From assembly GCF_006345805.1 (NCBI RefSeq), contig NC_042999.1, forward strand, positions 160,270,001-160,334,000: 64,000 nucleotides of DNA, read 5' to 3'. The DNA is from Octopus sinensis. Lineage: Eukaryota. The notes below the pieces were generated by a model. It was not told where the DNA came from and made no database searches. It saw nothing but the letters and a program-made list of their open reading frames with translations. Below are positions 1-13,042 of this stretch, piece by piece; the first letter of the stretch is position 1, and the number at the start of each line of letters is the position of its first letter. A program made the position numbers and the translations under genes.

Positions 1-2
1 TG

Positions 3-92
<90 letters not shown>

Positions 93-125
93 ACATATAT
101 ATATATATATATATACATATATATA
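1..125. repeat. (TA)n microsatellite
   Basis: Near-pure TA dinucleotide run; many similar runs occur across the window (e.g. 5710-5820, 12675-13040, 42860-43030, 43345-43640). Confidence 0.95.
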
Positions 126-769
126 ACACATTCTATTTAAGTGCACAATCAGAGAACAATAGAAACGAACGTAAAGACCAAGGTTTCGATCCCTGGTCAC
201 GAATCCGTTATACATCTCCTACAAATGATAGTTGTTTACCTCTTTTTTTCTTGAAGATGCTAGGTATAATTTGCAGGTCATTTTGGCTGCCATTTCTTGC
301 AGGTCGAGCGACCACACATATATATATATATATATATATAACACATTCTATGGAATTCTTAAACTTGTGTGTAGATATAAATCTTAATCTATTTTCAGTC
401 GCCATATTCAGTCACGTGCATGAGAAACCATCCATCAAAACGCTGGAGAAGTCAGTCACATAAGTGAAAGAGCAAACGAAAATATGTGAAGCCTTGTAAA
501 CAAAACTCGTCAAATTGGTCACAAGTAAAAAAAAATATCTTATTCTTTTTATTGTATAACTTATCAAAACAAAAAGAAAAAAAAGAGAAAAAAAGGAAGG
601 CTTTATTTTTAGTGACCTTTTGGATATTAAATTTTTGCGGGTCTATGACTCATTAATTTTGAAGTGTTTATAAAGATTTTTATGAATCTTTCCTCAGAAT
701 GACAAAAGAAAAGATAGAAAAAACAACTGTTCTAGTTTGTTGTCGATATTAGGTGTTTGTTTCAAATGC

Positions 770-1428
770 CGCCGAGGTTGAGTTTACCATTTATCCTTTT
801 GGGGTCGATAAAATAAGAACCAGTTCACCACTGCGGTCAGTGTAACCCTCTCCCGGACTTGCTAGCCTTGTGCCAAAATTTGAAACTGATATTAGGTGTT
901 TGTAAGGAGCCGGACAACATGCTTAGTGGCATTTCATCCGTCTTTGTGTTCTGAGTTTAAATTCTACCGAGGTCGACTTTGCCTTTCATCTTTTTGGAGT
1001 CGATAAAATAAGTACCAGTCGAGCATTGGGGTTCATTAATCGACTATCCCCTTCCGACAAAATTTGGGGCCTTTTGTCTATTATAGAAAGGCTGTTGGGT
1101 GTTGGGTGTTTGTGTTAAATGTTTTTGCTTTATCAATTGGTTAACATTTCCGCATGACTGCTTCCAAAGATGAGATAATGGTTTTACAATATTAACGTGA
1201 CAGATAAGCAAGCGGTGAGCTGGTAAGAATCGTTAACACGTTGGGCGATATACTTAGCGGCATTTCGTCCGTTTTTACATTCTGAGTTCAAATTCAGCAG
1301 AGGTCGACTTTATCTTTCATCCCTTTTAGGTTCGATAAAATAAGTACTAGTTGAATACTGGGGTTGGTGTAATTGACTGAGCACCTCTTCGAACTTGCTG
1401 GCTTTGTGCTAAAATTTGAAACCAATAT
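770..1428 (+). mobile_element. Cluster of three degenerate copies of tRNA-derived SINE family B
   Basis: Repeated core CCGAGGTCGACTTTGCCTTTCATCCTTT(C/T)GGGGTCGATAAAATAAGTACCAGT at about 775, 965 and 1300. The third copy has the head GCGGTGAGCTGGTAAGAATCGTTAACAC. Confidence 0.8.
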
Positions 1429-1839
1429 TAACGTTACAGTTTCCGTTGCTATCGTTGTTAACCCAAGGTCAACTCTGATCGAATAGAACTTTGAACAAAA
1501 GGTTTGTTGCCGTAACTATTGGCCATTTTATTTTCATTTATTTACTGGGTCCTAGACACAGTGTATCTTTAAAAATGTATCCTTTTTACGACAGAAGATC
1601 ATAACTTGGAGACATTGTTGCTATTTCTAGCAAGCTGTTTCATGAGTGCAAAGCCCTGAAACAAACAAAAAAATAAATGTTAACGTAACAGTCACTGACG
1701 TATTATTTCATTTCAGTGACATTCGCAGATACTTCAAAGAGGATTTCATTGGTTTGCTTTACTCAGCTTCAAGCAGGTGTATTATCTTCAGTTTCTGAAA
1801 ACGTCAAGTTAATGAGGAATGTGACACAGATTCTTCCGC

Positions 1840-2275
1840 GGATCTTTTCGGTTTGAACGGCAGTTTTTAACATAATTTCTAGGTAACTAAAAAATTTTAA
1901 ACTTCGTATACTGGTAGAATATGTTTATAAAACATCTTTTCTCTTGGCTTTATTGAGAAAATTCTATAGTTTGTAAGATATTCTTTAATTTCTTGCATTT
2001 CGGCAATTTCAACCAATCAATGACCGTCTATTGAGGTGAAAACATTCTGTGCCGTATGAATATGTCCCTCGTTTAAGAAACAGATTGAGTTTATTTACAT
2101 TTGTGAAGAAAAAAAAAGATACCCTTCTTCCCACCCCTAACCCTAACCCTAACCCTAACTAACCCTAACCCTAAAAGAGACGGGATTGCAATAGATCGAT
2201 TCTAGGGTCATAATTATGGGTGACAATTTCATATGACACCGCTAGAAAAAACTGCCGTTCAAACCGAAAAGATCC
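1840..2275 (-). mobile_element. MITE family M copy 1 (Merlin-like)
   Basis: TIRs GGATCTTTTCGGTTTGAACGGCAGTTTTT / AAAAACTGCCGTTCAAACCGAAAAGATCC; 8-bp TSD TCTTCCGC; internal (CCCTAA)n. Confidence 0.95.
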
Positions 2276-2539
2276 TCTTCCGCTTCTCAAGTGCGGTATC
2301 AATTTGTCGAATTAAGCAATTGTAGTCAGTACATCAGAACTATAAATTCTGGCTACTGAGAGTTAATTATCTTCATCATGGATTGCAGACAACGCAGTGC
2401 TGCTGTTAAAATGCGAAATGTAGACCGTTTCGCCTAGTTGTTCTTACTTTCTAAAAGCAGTTTTCGCTGGTATGTTAAAGGTGGATTAGTTTTAAATTTT
2501 GGCCCGATGCCAGGAACTTCGTCGGACGGAGGTGGGGAG

Positions 2540-2897
2540 TAAGTCGATTACATCGATACCAGAGATCAACTGGTACTTATTTTATCGATCCTGAAAGGAT
2601 TAAAGGCAAAGTCGATGTCGGCGGAATTTGAACTCAGAACATGAAGACAGACGAAATACCTATTTCTATTTCTTTTCTACTCACAAGGGGCTAAACACAG
2701 AGGGAACAAACAAGGACAGACAAAGGGATTAAGTCGATTATATCGACCCCAGTGCGTAACTGGTACTTATTTAATCGACCCCGAAAGGATGAAAGGCAAA
2801 GTCGACCTCGGCGGAACTTGAACTCAGAACGTAACGGCAGATGAAATACCGATAAGCATTTTGACCGGCGCAGTTACAATTCTGCCTGCTTGCCGCA
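2540..2897 (-). mobile_element. SINE family B, two-body (dimeric) form
   Basis: On the minus strand: head + body + long tail (CCCCTTGTGAGTAG...AAATAG), running directly into a second body at GGTATTTCGTCTG. Confidence 0.8.
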
Positions 2898-3004
2898 TTA
2901 AAGTAGACAAAATATTTATACAGGTCTATATTTAAGAGATGAAAAATTAAGTACATTATTTACATTATTTACATTTGACGGATATCTGTTCTCATCTTGT
3001 TGTT

Positions 3005-3051
3005 AACACAACGTTTCAGCTGATATACCCATCCAGCCTTCATCAGGTGTC
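3005..3051 (-). ncRNA. Minimal type I hammerhead ribozyme motif
   Basis: Minus strand: GACAC-CTGATGA-A-GGCTG..loop..CAGCT-GAAA-CGTT-GTGTT. Stem I is GACAC/GTGTT, stem II is GGCTG/CAGCT, and the stem III region is the palindrome AACGTT. Confidence 0.65.
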
Positions 3052-3122
3052 TTGGGGAAATTTCGGAATGAGAACCCATTCCTAAGGTATTTTTTTCAGT
3101 GTTGTTATTATTATTATTATTA

Positions 3123-3158
<36 letters not shown>

Positions 3159-3193
3159 GTTATTATTATTATTGTTATTATTATTATTATTAT

Positions 3194-3752
3194 TGAGTGA
3201 GAGAGCAGTTCATGCCATCAAAGTGACACTGGGGTAAAATATACGAAGCCCAATATACCCATCATGACTACCCGTCTGATAAAGGTACACCAGGCACATG
3301 CATCACAACCATATGTGCGCGACATGGTGATCTCATATCAAGATAAACAGCACATGACCTTGCAGGTGGGGCCCAGTTAGAATTTTCTTCAGGTTGAGTA
3401 GCCCATCCCGCTCAAACGGTCCCTGAATAAGGGTTGTTTAAAGATGTTGAAAGAACCACCCATGTTTCCAGAGGTGAACTATTCAAACCCCAAAGAATCC
3501 CTCTCAACACATGGCTATGATGCTCCCCCACTACTTCTGCTCGTGATCAGAGATGCACATATCGTCAGCCACTAAGGGACATGCTCAACTGGTTAAGGTC
3601 AAACAACTGACAAGCAAATCTGTGGTATTGAGCAGAATATTTGCTGTAGCCCATCTTTTATACCAAGACAAAACAATGTACATGATAACACTTCCAATCA
3701 GTTAAGATCAGAAGCCATGAGAGCCACTGCCTGGTACTCAGAAGCCATGAGA

Positions 3753-3753
<1 letters not shown>
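3194..3753 (-). mobile_element. (AAT)n-tailed retroposon body nested in the (AAT)n linker of the element above
   Basis: Complex ~560-bp block flanked on both sides by (TTA)n; the minus strand ends CTCTCTCACTC(AAT)n; a 15-bp internal direct repeat CAGAAGCCATGAGAG lies at 3709 and 3739. Confidence 0.6.
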
Positions 3754-3825
<72 letters not shown>

Positions 3826-3869
3826 TCACTACCTGGAATCGAACTCGGAATCTTGGGGTTAGTAACCAA

Positions 3870-3953
3870 CGGGCATATAGCGTAGTGGTTAAGAGTGCGG
3901 GCTATTAACCTCAAGATTCTGTGTGACCTGAATAAAAATAATAATAATAATAA

Positions 3954-4028
<75 letters not shown>

Positions 4029-4212
4029 TAATAACAACAACAACAACAACAACAACAAAAGCAACATTGAAAAAATATCTTAGCAATGAGAACCCAGGTT
4101 CGAAATTTCCTGAAGACACCTGATGAAGGCTGGTGGATATATCAGCCGAAACGTTGTTTTAACAACAGACAAGATGAGGACAAATATCCGTTAAATGTAA
4201 ATAATGTAAATA
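3870..4212 (+). mobile_element. tRNA-headed SINE-like element with hammerhead-like tail (copy b)
   Basis: Head GGGCATATAGCGTAGTGGTTAAGAGTGCGGGCTATTAACC (A-box, anticodon-like arm), (AAT)n/(AAC)n, tail ending AAATGTAAATAATGTAAATAA. Confidence 0.8.
4115..4160 (+). ncRNA. Minimal type I hammerhead ribozyme motif
   Basis: GACAC(4115)-CTGATGA(4120-4126)-A-GGCTG..CAGCC(4128-4147)-GAAA(4148-4151)-CGTT-GTTTT. Stem I carries one substitution relative to copy a. Confidence 0.65.
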
Positions 4213-4657
4213 ACAAAATATTAAGTTGAATATTCAACGTTGACAATTTTTTCTAGGTTTGATTATTTATAAAAAAAGATATTTATATCCAAAATTTAAT
4301 TATTAAAATTCAGAATTACCAGAGCAAAAGTTATTCTGTTAAGTCTTCAACATGTATTTTATTTTTTGTTTTTACATATTTTATTCCATAGAATTTCTTC
4401 ATTCGGTCTAGTCTACCCAGGCTCAATTTTACTTTATACAAAAAATAACAAGGAGAGAAATATGTTTATCTCTAATTTTCATGTTATTTCAGACAGATAT
4501 ATATACGGTCAACTGTAAAATTTGTTAGTGATAATAGTCATCAGTAAATCCACAGGAATCTTATAACATTTATATGTTTACAAGGCAAACATTCCATTTT
4601 TTTAACCACCACCACCACCATCATCGATATTAGTAGTATTAGTAGTAGTAGTAGTAT

Positions 4658-4699
<42 letters not shown>

Positions 4700-4795
4700 T
4701 AGTAGTATTACTATTGCAATACCGAGAGCAGTTCTGTGCTATTTCGTTTCCAGTTTGCATTTTCTGTTGTATTGAAAAGGCATAGAAGCTATTTT

Positions 4796-5214
4796 GGATC
4801 TTTTCGGTTTGAACGGCAGTTTTTTCTAGCGGTGTCATATGAAATTGTCACCCATAATTATGACCCTAGTATCGATCTATTGCATTTCAATCTGTTTTAG
4901 GGTTAGGGTTAGGGTTAGGGGTGGGGGTATCTTTTTTTTTTTCACAAATGTAAATAAACCCAATCTGTTTCTTAAACGAGGGACATATTCATACGTCACA
5001 GAATGTTTTTTTAACTCAATAGACGTCACTGATTGGTTGAAATTGCAGAAATTGAAGAAAAAAAACAACAAATATGTTACAAACTATAGAATTTTCTCAA
5101 TAAAGCGAAGAGAAAAAGATGTTTTATAAACACATTCTACCAGTATACGAAGTTTAAAATTTTTTAGTTACCTAGAAATTATGTTAGAAACAGCCGTTCA
5201 AACCGAAAAGATCC
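4796..5214 (+). mobile_element. MITE family M copy 2
   Basis: Both TIRs present; four TTAGGG units; no recognisable TSD. Confidence 0.9.
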
Positions 5215-5261
5215 AAAATTTCATTATGAGGATCAAAAATTTTCAATTGATTACAAAATTT

Positions 5262-5460
5262 GGTACAAGGCCAGTAATTTCTGGGGTAAGGGTAAGTCGA
5301 TTACATAGACCCCAGGAATCAACTGGTATTTATTTTATCGACCCCGAAAAGATGAAAGGTAAAGCCGGCACCGGATGAATTTGAACTCAGAACGTAAAGA
5401 GACGAAATGCCGCTAAGCATTATGCCAGGAAAGCCAAGAATTCTGCAAGTTCGCCGCCTT
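5262..5460 (-). mobile_element. SINE family B degenerate copy
   Basis: Reverse complement of the family core: TTTTATCGACCCCGAAAAGATGAAAGG...AATTTGAACTCAGAACGTAAAG...GAAATGCCGCTAAGCAT. Confidence 0.75.
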
Positions 5461-5708
5461 AAATCTAAAATTTAATATTAAAATAGGGTAAAATTGAAAA
5501 TCCAGGAAACCTGGGATGGTCTGTATTGACAAGAATTACTGAGTATAAAATTTGGAAGATTATAAAGTTTATCCACCATGAGAATTGTAGAATACAACGA
5601 TTTATTTAGGAGTGGGGAGAGGTATGGCCAAACAAGTTCTATGTGAGAGGGTGAGAAAACATAAAGATACAATGTACGAAGAACAAAAGCCAGGATGTTA
5701 GTAGTGAC

Positions 5709-6222
<514 letters not shown>

Positions 6223-6619
6223 ATTTGTATTTATGTATAAATTTGTATTTTCTCCGTAGTTTTTCGATGTTAAATTAATGGTATTATTAAATTAATATCA
6301 ATTTTTCACCCTCATTTATAAATATATATATATATATATGTGTATATATATGGAGGCGGGCAGGTAGGGTAAATCCCAATTGTATTATTTGATTTCTCTG
6401 TCTGAAGAAATATAATAGGAAATTCCTTACATGTCTATCTAACATATAAAACTTAGTAATTCCTGTTAGTAAATGAAACACGTGTAATGGTGAATAAGTA
6501 ATACCCCAAAATTTCCAGTTTCTAGTTTTGTTATATACATATATGTATGTATGTGTTTGTGTGTGTGCCTCACACAATTACGAAAAGAATTACAGTTAAG
6601 GATACAGGTTAAGTTATAT

Positions 6620-6703
6620 GTGTCTTGGGGAAATTTCGAACCTGGGTTCTCGTTCCTAAGGTATTTTTCAATGTTGTTGTTGTTATTATTATTATTATTA
6701 TTG

Positions 6704-6790
<87 letters not shown>

Positions 6791-6853
6791 TCACTGCCTG
6801 GAATCGGAGGTTAATAGCCTGCGCTCTTAACCACTACGCCATATGCCCGTGGG
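6620..6853 (-). mobile_element. tRNA-headed SINE-like element copy c (tail ends before the ribozyme core)
   Basis: Same head (GGCATATGGCGTAGTGGTTAAGAGCGC), (AAT)n and tail start as copies a and b; the sequence ends at CCCCAAGACAC. Confidence 0.8.
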
Positions 6854-6956
6854 CTACTAACCCCAAGATTTCTGGATACATTTTAGGATGCTTGTGTGTG
6901 CGGCGGCAGCACCATCCCAGTCCAGAAATGAAAGAAATAAAACCTCCGTTGCTACC

Positions 6957-7107
6957 ACCACCACCACCACCACCATCATCGTCATCATCATCACCAACCA
7001 CTACCACCACCATCACCACCACCACCACCGCCACCATCATCATCACCACCACCACCACCACCACCACCACCACCACCACCACCACCACCACCACCGCCAC
7101 CATCATC

Positions 7108-7139
<32 letters not shown>

Positions 7140-7228
7140 CATCATCATTATCATCATCGTCATCATCATCACTAACCACCACCACCACCACCACCACCCA
7201 CCACCACCACCAGACCACCACCACCACC

Positions 7229-7262
<34 letters not shown>

Positions 7263-7295
7263 TCATCATCGTTGTCGTCATTATCATCATTATCA
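6957..7295. repeat. Compound (CAC)n/(CAT)n microsatellite
   Basis: Directly visible trinucleotide arrays. Confidence 0.95.
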
Positions 7296-8582
7296 TCACT
7301 ATTGTATCTCATTGATCTTTTATTTTTTTCGATAATAAAAGCTTCTACTGTGTTCATGCATTTCCAATAACAGTTTAAAAAGCGTAAACAGGCGGAACAA
7401 GTTTGATACTAAAAACCTAAACAAGAACTCGTCTTTTTGCGTTAAACTTCATAGCGATCGTCAACAGTATCATATACGCCTCGCACTGAGAAGCACTTTG
7501 AGTGACGTTCGCATATAGAAGCTGTTGCTTGTCACATGACTAATTATGGTTGTTTGTGGCAATCACATGACCTAATTTCTATGTCATATGCAGACATGTA
7601 TTAAATATGATACTCGTTGATAGTCATTCCTCCTCTCCATCCCTCTCTCTTTCACGCTCTCTGCTTTTCTTTCTCTGACTCCATCAGTACGAATCTTTTG
7701 CAAAGTCACAAGTGAAGTAATGTATTTAGCTGCCAGCCGGCTGTTTATAGCAATTTTAGGCAAAATAGAAGACCGCACAAAAAACTCTGCAGTCAGATAG
7801 TATTTCAAACAAATTTTTTATATGATGGTGAGTAATATTCAATAGAACACTGACTGTGGTTACTATTCTACAGAACATTTGTCGTGGATTGTGTTCTTGT
7901 GAAGATTGACGGTGCGTACCCGAAATGTACTCGATGTACTTATTTTTAAATATACATTTTTTAACAAAGTACCAATGAGGAAGGAACAGCATTTGACATA
8001 ATACTGGTGGGAAATGACCTTATTTAGGAAGCTCTGGCGGTGAATAACACCTTACAGAATAACGTATGCTTATATCTCCCTAAACTCAAATGACGATTGA
8101 CATATGAAAATTAATCTGTTAAAACGTAAAACGCTATCAACTAGGAAATCTATGTTCTCGCAATTTGTCGTTCATGGCTTACTTTTCTGAAAATAAAAAA
8201 AAAAGGAAAAAAATTAAACTTCCAAGAACAAAGTATAAAACGGCGATGTCTTGCGTTTAACGCTTTTGCTAGTGTCTCACAGCTATAGAACAGAACGGTT
8301 ATTGACTCTGTCTCACAACTATAAAACAGAACAGTTTCTTTGAAAATTTGGGTAATTTTGATAGGAAATATTTCTAAGAAGCCACAGTAAACCACAGACC
8401 TTTATTTTGAATCACGAAAATATGACTTACGAAATGGATGAGCTTCACGAAAAACATCCACGTTACATTGGATCAAGATTGCCTTTATACATATATAAAT
8501 TGTCGAGTAGAATAGTCCTGGTTATGGCATACAATCTGTTCGAAAACAGTCTTTGGTTTCGCATCTGCTATTGTACTTGGCA

Positions 8583-8975
8583 GTGGAGGCGCAATGGCCC
8601 AGTGGTTAGGGCAGCGGACTCGCGGTCATAGGATCGCAGTTTCGATTCCCAGACCGGGCGTTGTGAGTGTTTATTGAGCGAAAACACCTAAAGCTCCACG
8701 AGGCTCCGGCAGGGGATGGTGGTGATCCCTGCTGTACTCTTTCACCACAACTTTCTCTCACTCTTACTTCCTGTTTCTGTTGTACCTGTATTTCAAATGG
8801 CCGGCCTTGTCACTCTCTGTGTCACGCTGAATATCCTCGAGAACTACGTTAAGGGTACACGTGTCTGTGGAGTGCTCAGCCACTTACACGTTAATTTCAC
8901 GAGCAAGCTGTTCCGTTGATCGTATCAGCTGGGACCCTCATCGTCGTAACCGACGGAGTGCTTCCTCCTGTCCCC
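8583..8975 (+). mobile_element. tRNA-derived SINE family C (tail type 1)
   Basis: Head GTGGAGGCGCAATGGCCCAGTGGTTAGGGCAGCGGACTCGCGGTC...GTTTCGATTCCC (A/B boxes); TSD TGTACT(T/C)GGCA (11 bp, 1 mismatch). Confidence 0.9.
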
Positions 8976-9548
8976 TGTACTCGGCAAAACTAACGACTCT
9001 TCAGACATGCTGACCGGAAGTGCACATCTTCTTTAATTTTGGAGGTGAATATACATTCTTCCATAAATACAATGCATGTGTCTCTGTGTATCCATGAAAT
9101 ACACCTTCCACAAGTAACGGCCGTCTGCCATTACTATCAACATGCTGAGATTAAAAAGTTCGTTTAAGACATATTCTAGCATTAAAACAAATCTCTGAAG
9201 CCGAACTACAATTGAAGGAAAGGTCTGCAATGAAAATTAATAGATATTCTTGCCAGGAATACGTCACAAGGGAATCCACAGACCCAGTTTTTTTTTGTGG
9301 TCCAACAGCATTAATAGGAAAACGACTAAATTTGAAAGCAATGTTATAAATAATGCCAGCTGTTGTTGCTAAACATCTCCACCTTTTCTATTATCATGGG
9401 ATCCTTGCTATTTTTTTACATCAATGGGATTTAATTTGAGAACGAGACGACGTCCACTGAATATCCAGCGTTGTACATACAGGAGAGTTAGTGTACATGT
9501 GTGTATTCTCTAGATATGGGTGGGGACAAGTATATAGCATCCACCCGT

Positions 9549-9911
<363 letters not shown>

Positions 9912-10827
9912 GCTTCTAATCACGCAACAACAAAAACACATTGAGTCATGAGCGCTCACACGCACACACACAAACACATAAAAAATATATGTATGACTTT
10001 GCACATGTCGGGGCTTCTGTACGAAGGTACATACCTGTGTATGCTTGTATCTGCGAATGTGTACGAGAGTATTTCATCGAAAGAGATTTCACATGTTACT
10101 TATGCTTGCAAACACACAGAGATGCATACACGCGCGTACACACATATGCATAAATACATACAAATAACTGAATGTATGCATGCAAAGACAAAATCGTGTA
10201 TAACTGTCAGTGTGAGTTTAAGTATGTATGTATGTATGTATGTATGTATGTATGTATGTATGTATGTATGTATGTATGTATGTATGGAAAAAAGTCAAGA
10301 TAGAAAATGCTAAAATAATTTCATAAAAAACATTTCAGTACCGGTTCCAGTCATTGAGACTTTTTCAACTGTAGCAATTAAATAATTAAATTTAGTAAAA
10401 ATTAAAGGAAAGTTTTTTTAAAAGAATATTTGTATAGTATTTAAATACTAAGTGGCATTTTCCTTGTTTCTGCCTGCCTCTGTCTCTCTTGCTTACTCTT
10501 GTGGGTTCGAGGTCGTTGTGAATTCTTGGTAGGGAAGAAGAAGAAGAAGAAAAAGAAGGAGGAGGAGGAGAAGGGGAAGAAGAAGAAGAAGAATTTGGGA
10601 GTGCCATGATAGTAGTATTTTGAATGGTCAGTGGATGATATATATATATATATATATTATGTGAAATAGAAAGATGAATAATCTTGTAGTAGATTAATCA
10701 AAAGTTTAACCGATACCTTAGTAGCAAAAATCACAGCAGTAAACAGCACGGTTGGAGGTACAACCATCTGGCGTTGCAACCGTGCGTTGGTGCGGATAAT
10801 TGAAATTAAAACATTTCTTCAATTCAC

Positions 10828-10863
<36 letters not shown>

Positions 10864-11519
10864 CCACTCAAACGCATACTACTACACACTATATGCATGT
10901 ATGTCCATATGTATGTGTGTATGTATGTACGTATGAACGTACGTACATATGTGTATATATGTGTATGGGAATATGTAATAGATAGATAGATATGTATGTG
11001 GAAAGATGGACAAATCAGATACGACGATTTACAAGACATGACCTGATGAGGTCAAGCTCTGTCTATATTTAGAAAATATCTACAACTTACAGAAAACCTC
11101 AATGAATGAAAGTGTACAAAAATAATCAAGATAACTAAATCTATTTCTTATGGGGTTTCCTTTTAACTTATAGGTCACGTGTTTCTTTCTTTCTCCTTTT
11201 CTTCTCTTTCTCATTTTTTTTTCTGTTCTTCTAAACATTAGTATTGTCCTTAACATCATAAGTTGAGTATAAAGGAGGGAAAGTAGACGTACTAAAACGA
11301 GAGTGACCTTTCGGTGGCATTTTTCTGAAGTGGTCAGTGCAACCTAATGTTAAATCCTGTGAACGGCACTTCCGTTCTTTTCTAGCCGGAACTACTTCCA
11401 GTTTTAGGGCGGAAGTTAAAAAAAACAAAAAAAAAAAAAAAAAAAACACAGCAAGAACTTCATATTTGAATCTACTTAGAAAATACCGGACCGAAATTAG
11501 TTTTCATTTCATTTTAACT

Positions 11520-11532
11520 TGTGTGTGCGTGC

Positions 11533-11587
<55 letters not shown>

Positions 11588-11791
11588 TGTGTGTGAGTGT
11601 ATGTGTGTGTGTATGTGTGTGTGTGTGCGTGTGTGTGTGGCCGCGTGTGTGCATGTTTGTGGATATATATATATATATATATATATATGTAGATAGATAG
11701 ATAGAGAGAGATTTGTATATATATGTACATGTATATAGATATGTGTGTGTGCGTGTGTGCGTGTGTGTGTGTGGCCGCGTGTGTGCATGTT

Positions 11792-11852
<61 letters not shown>

Positions 11853-11853
11853 A

Positions 11854-11898
<45 letters not shown>

Positions 11899-11950
11899 AT
11901 GCGTGTATGTGTACACACACACACACACATACACACACACATATATATAT
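11520..11950. repeat. Compound GT/TA/GA microsatellite with an internally duplicated unit
   Basis: GTGTGTGGCCGCGTGTGTGCATGTTTG occurs at about 11632 and 11767. Confidence 0.85.
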
Positions 11951-12005
11951 GTACGTTACTTGTGAAGGAGACTTGGGTTTCAGTTTTCATAAAAAACACA
12001 TGCAC

Positions 12006-12160
12006 TGTATGGTAAGAAGCTTGCTACCCAACCATGTGATTCCGGGTTCAGTACTACTGCGTGGCACCTTAGGCAAGTGGTTTCTACTATAGGTCTCGGG
12101 TCGATCACAGCCTCGTGAATAGATTTGGTGGACAGAAACTGAAAGCAGCCTGTCGCATAC
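12006..12160 (+). mobile_element. SINE family D, 5' fragment
   Basis: TGGTAAGAAGCTTGCTACCCAACCATGTGATTCCGGGTTCAG...GCACCTTAGGCAAGTG matches the full copies at 22737 and 45188. Confidence 0.8.
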
Positions 12161-12170
12161 ATATATGTAC

Positions 12171-12209
<39 letters not shown>

Positions 12210-12673
12210 CTAACTTAAAAGCCGCTCTATCGGGCAACTTTTAAGGTAGTACAGAGCTTTAAGGCAACTGACCTCGAATTGGAAGATCTGCAAACAGATC
12301 TCCGACTTGTTTTGGAGAATTTTGTTGCAGTTGTTTTCTCCAGAATCATATCCTGATGATGATCATATTCGTCGCAAAAAAAATCATGTAAAAATATCGA
12401 GGAAGACAAATGCAGTAATGAAAACATAGGAATCCAAAATTTCATTATTGCAGGCTAGGAATCGGCCCGGAATGTTTTTAATTTACTCACGGCTTTTGGA
12501 AGCCGCTTATTCCAATATCAAAGAGGAGGTGACACTGCTGGATTTCGAAGAGCAAACAAGTACAGAACTGGTGTGACGACAATTCAAGCCACACCAGCAG
12601 AACTGGAGCAAATTCCAGAATTTATATATCTGCCAGATGAGACAAAACTGACCAGTCTGTATCCGTGAAATCC

Positions 12674-12809
<136 letters not shown>

Positions 12810-12826
12810 GTATGTGTAGATATATT

Positions 12827-12925
<99 letters not shown>

Positions 12926-12995
12926 ATATTATATTATATTTATGTAAATGATATGTTATATGTGTGTGTGTATGTGCGCGCACATATTCAAATAT

Positions 12996-13042
<47 letters not shown>

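Larger units (their letters stand above)
2952..3867 (-). mobile_element. tRNA-headed SINE-like element with (AAT)n linker and hammerhead-like tail (copy a, interrupted)
   Basis: 5'-truncated head with B-box GAGTTCGATTCC (3822-3867), (AAT)n, tail 2952-3095 matching copy b; a nested insertion lies at 3194-3753. Confidence 0.75.

Noticed and set aside
3540-3575. Minus-strand CTGACGA...GAAG as a hammerhead
   Set aside because: GAAG instead of GAAA, and no consistent stems.
8583-8655. tRNA-like sequence as a real tRNA gene
   Set aside because: It continues into a shared SINE body and is flanked by a TSD; all tRNA-like heads here are SINE 5' ends.
11037-11056. CTGATGA with a flanking TGACC/GGTCA hairpin as a hammerhead
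   Set aside because: No stem II followed by GAAA, and no stem I partner.
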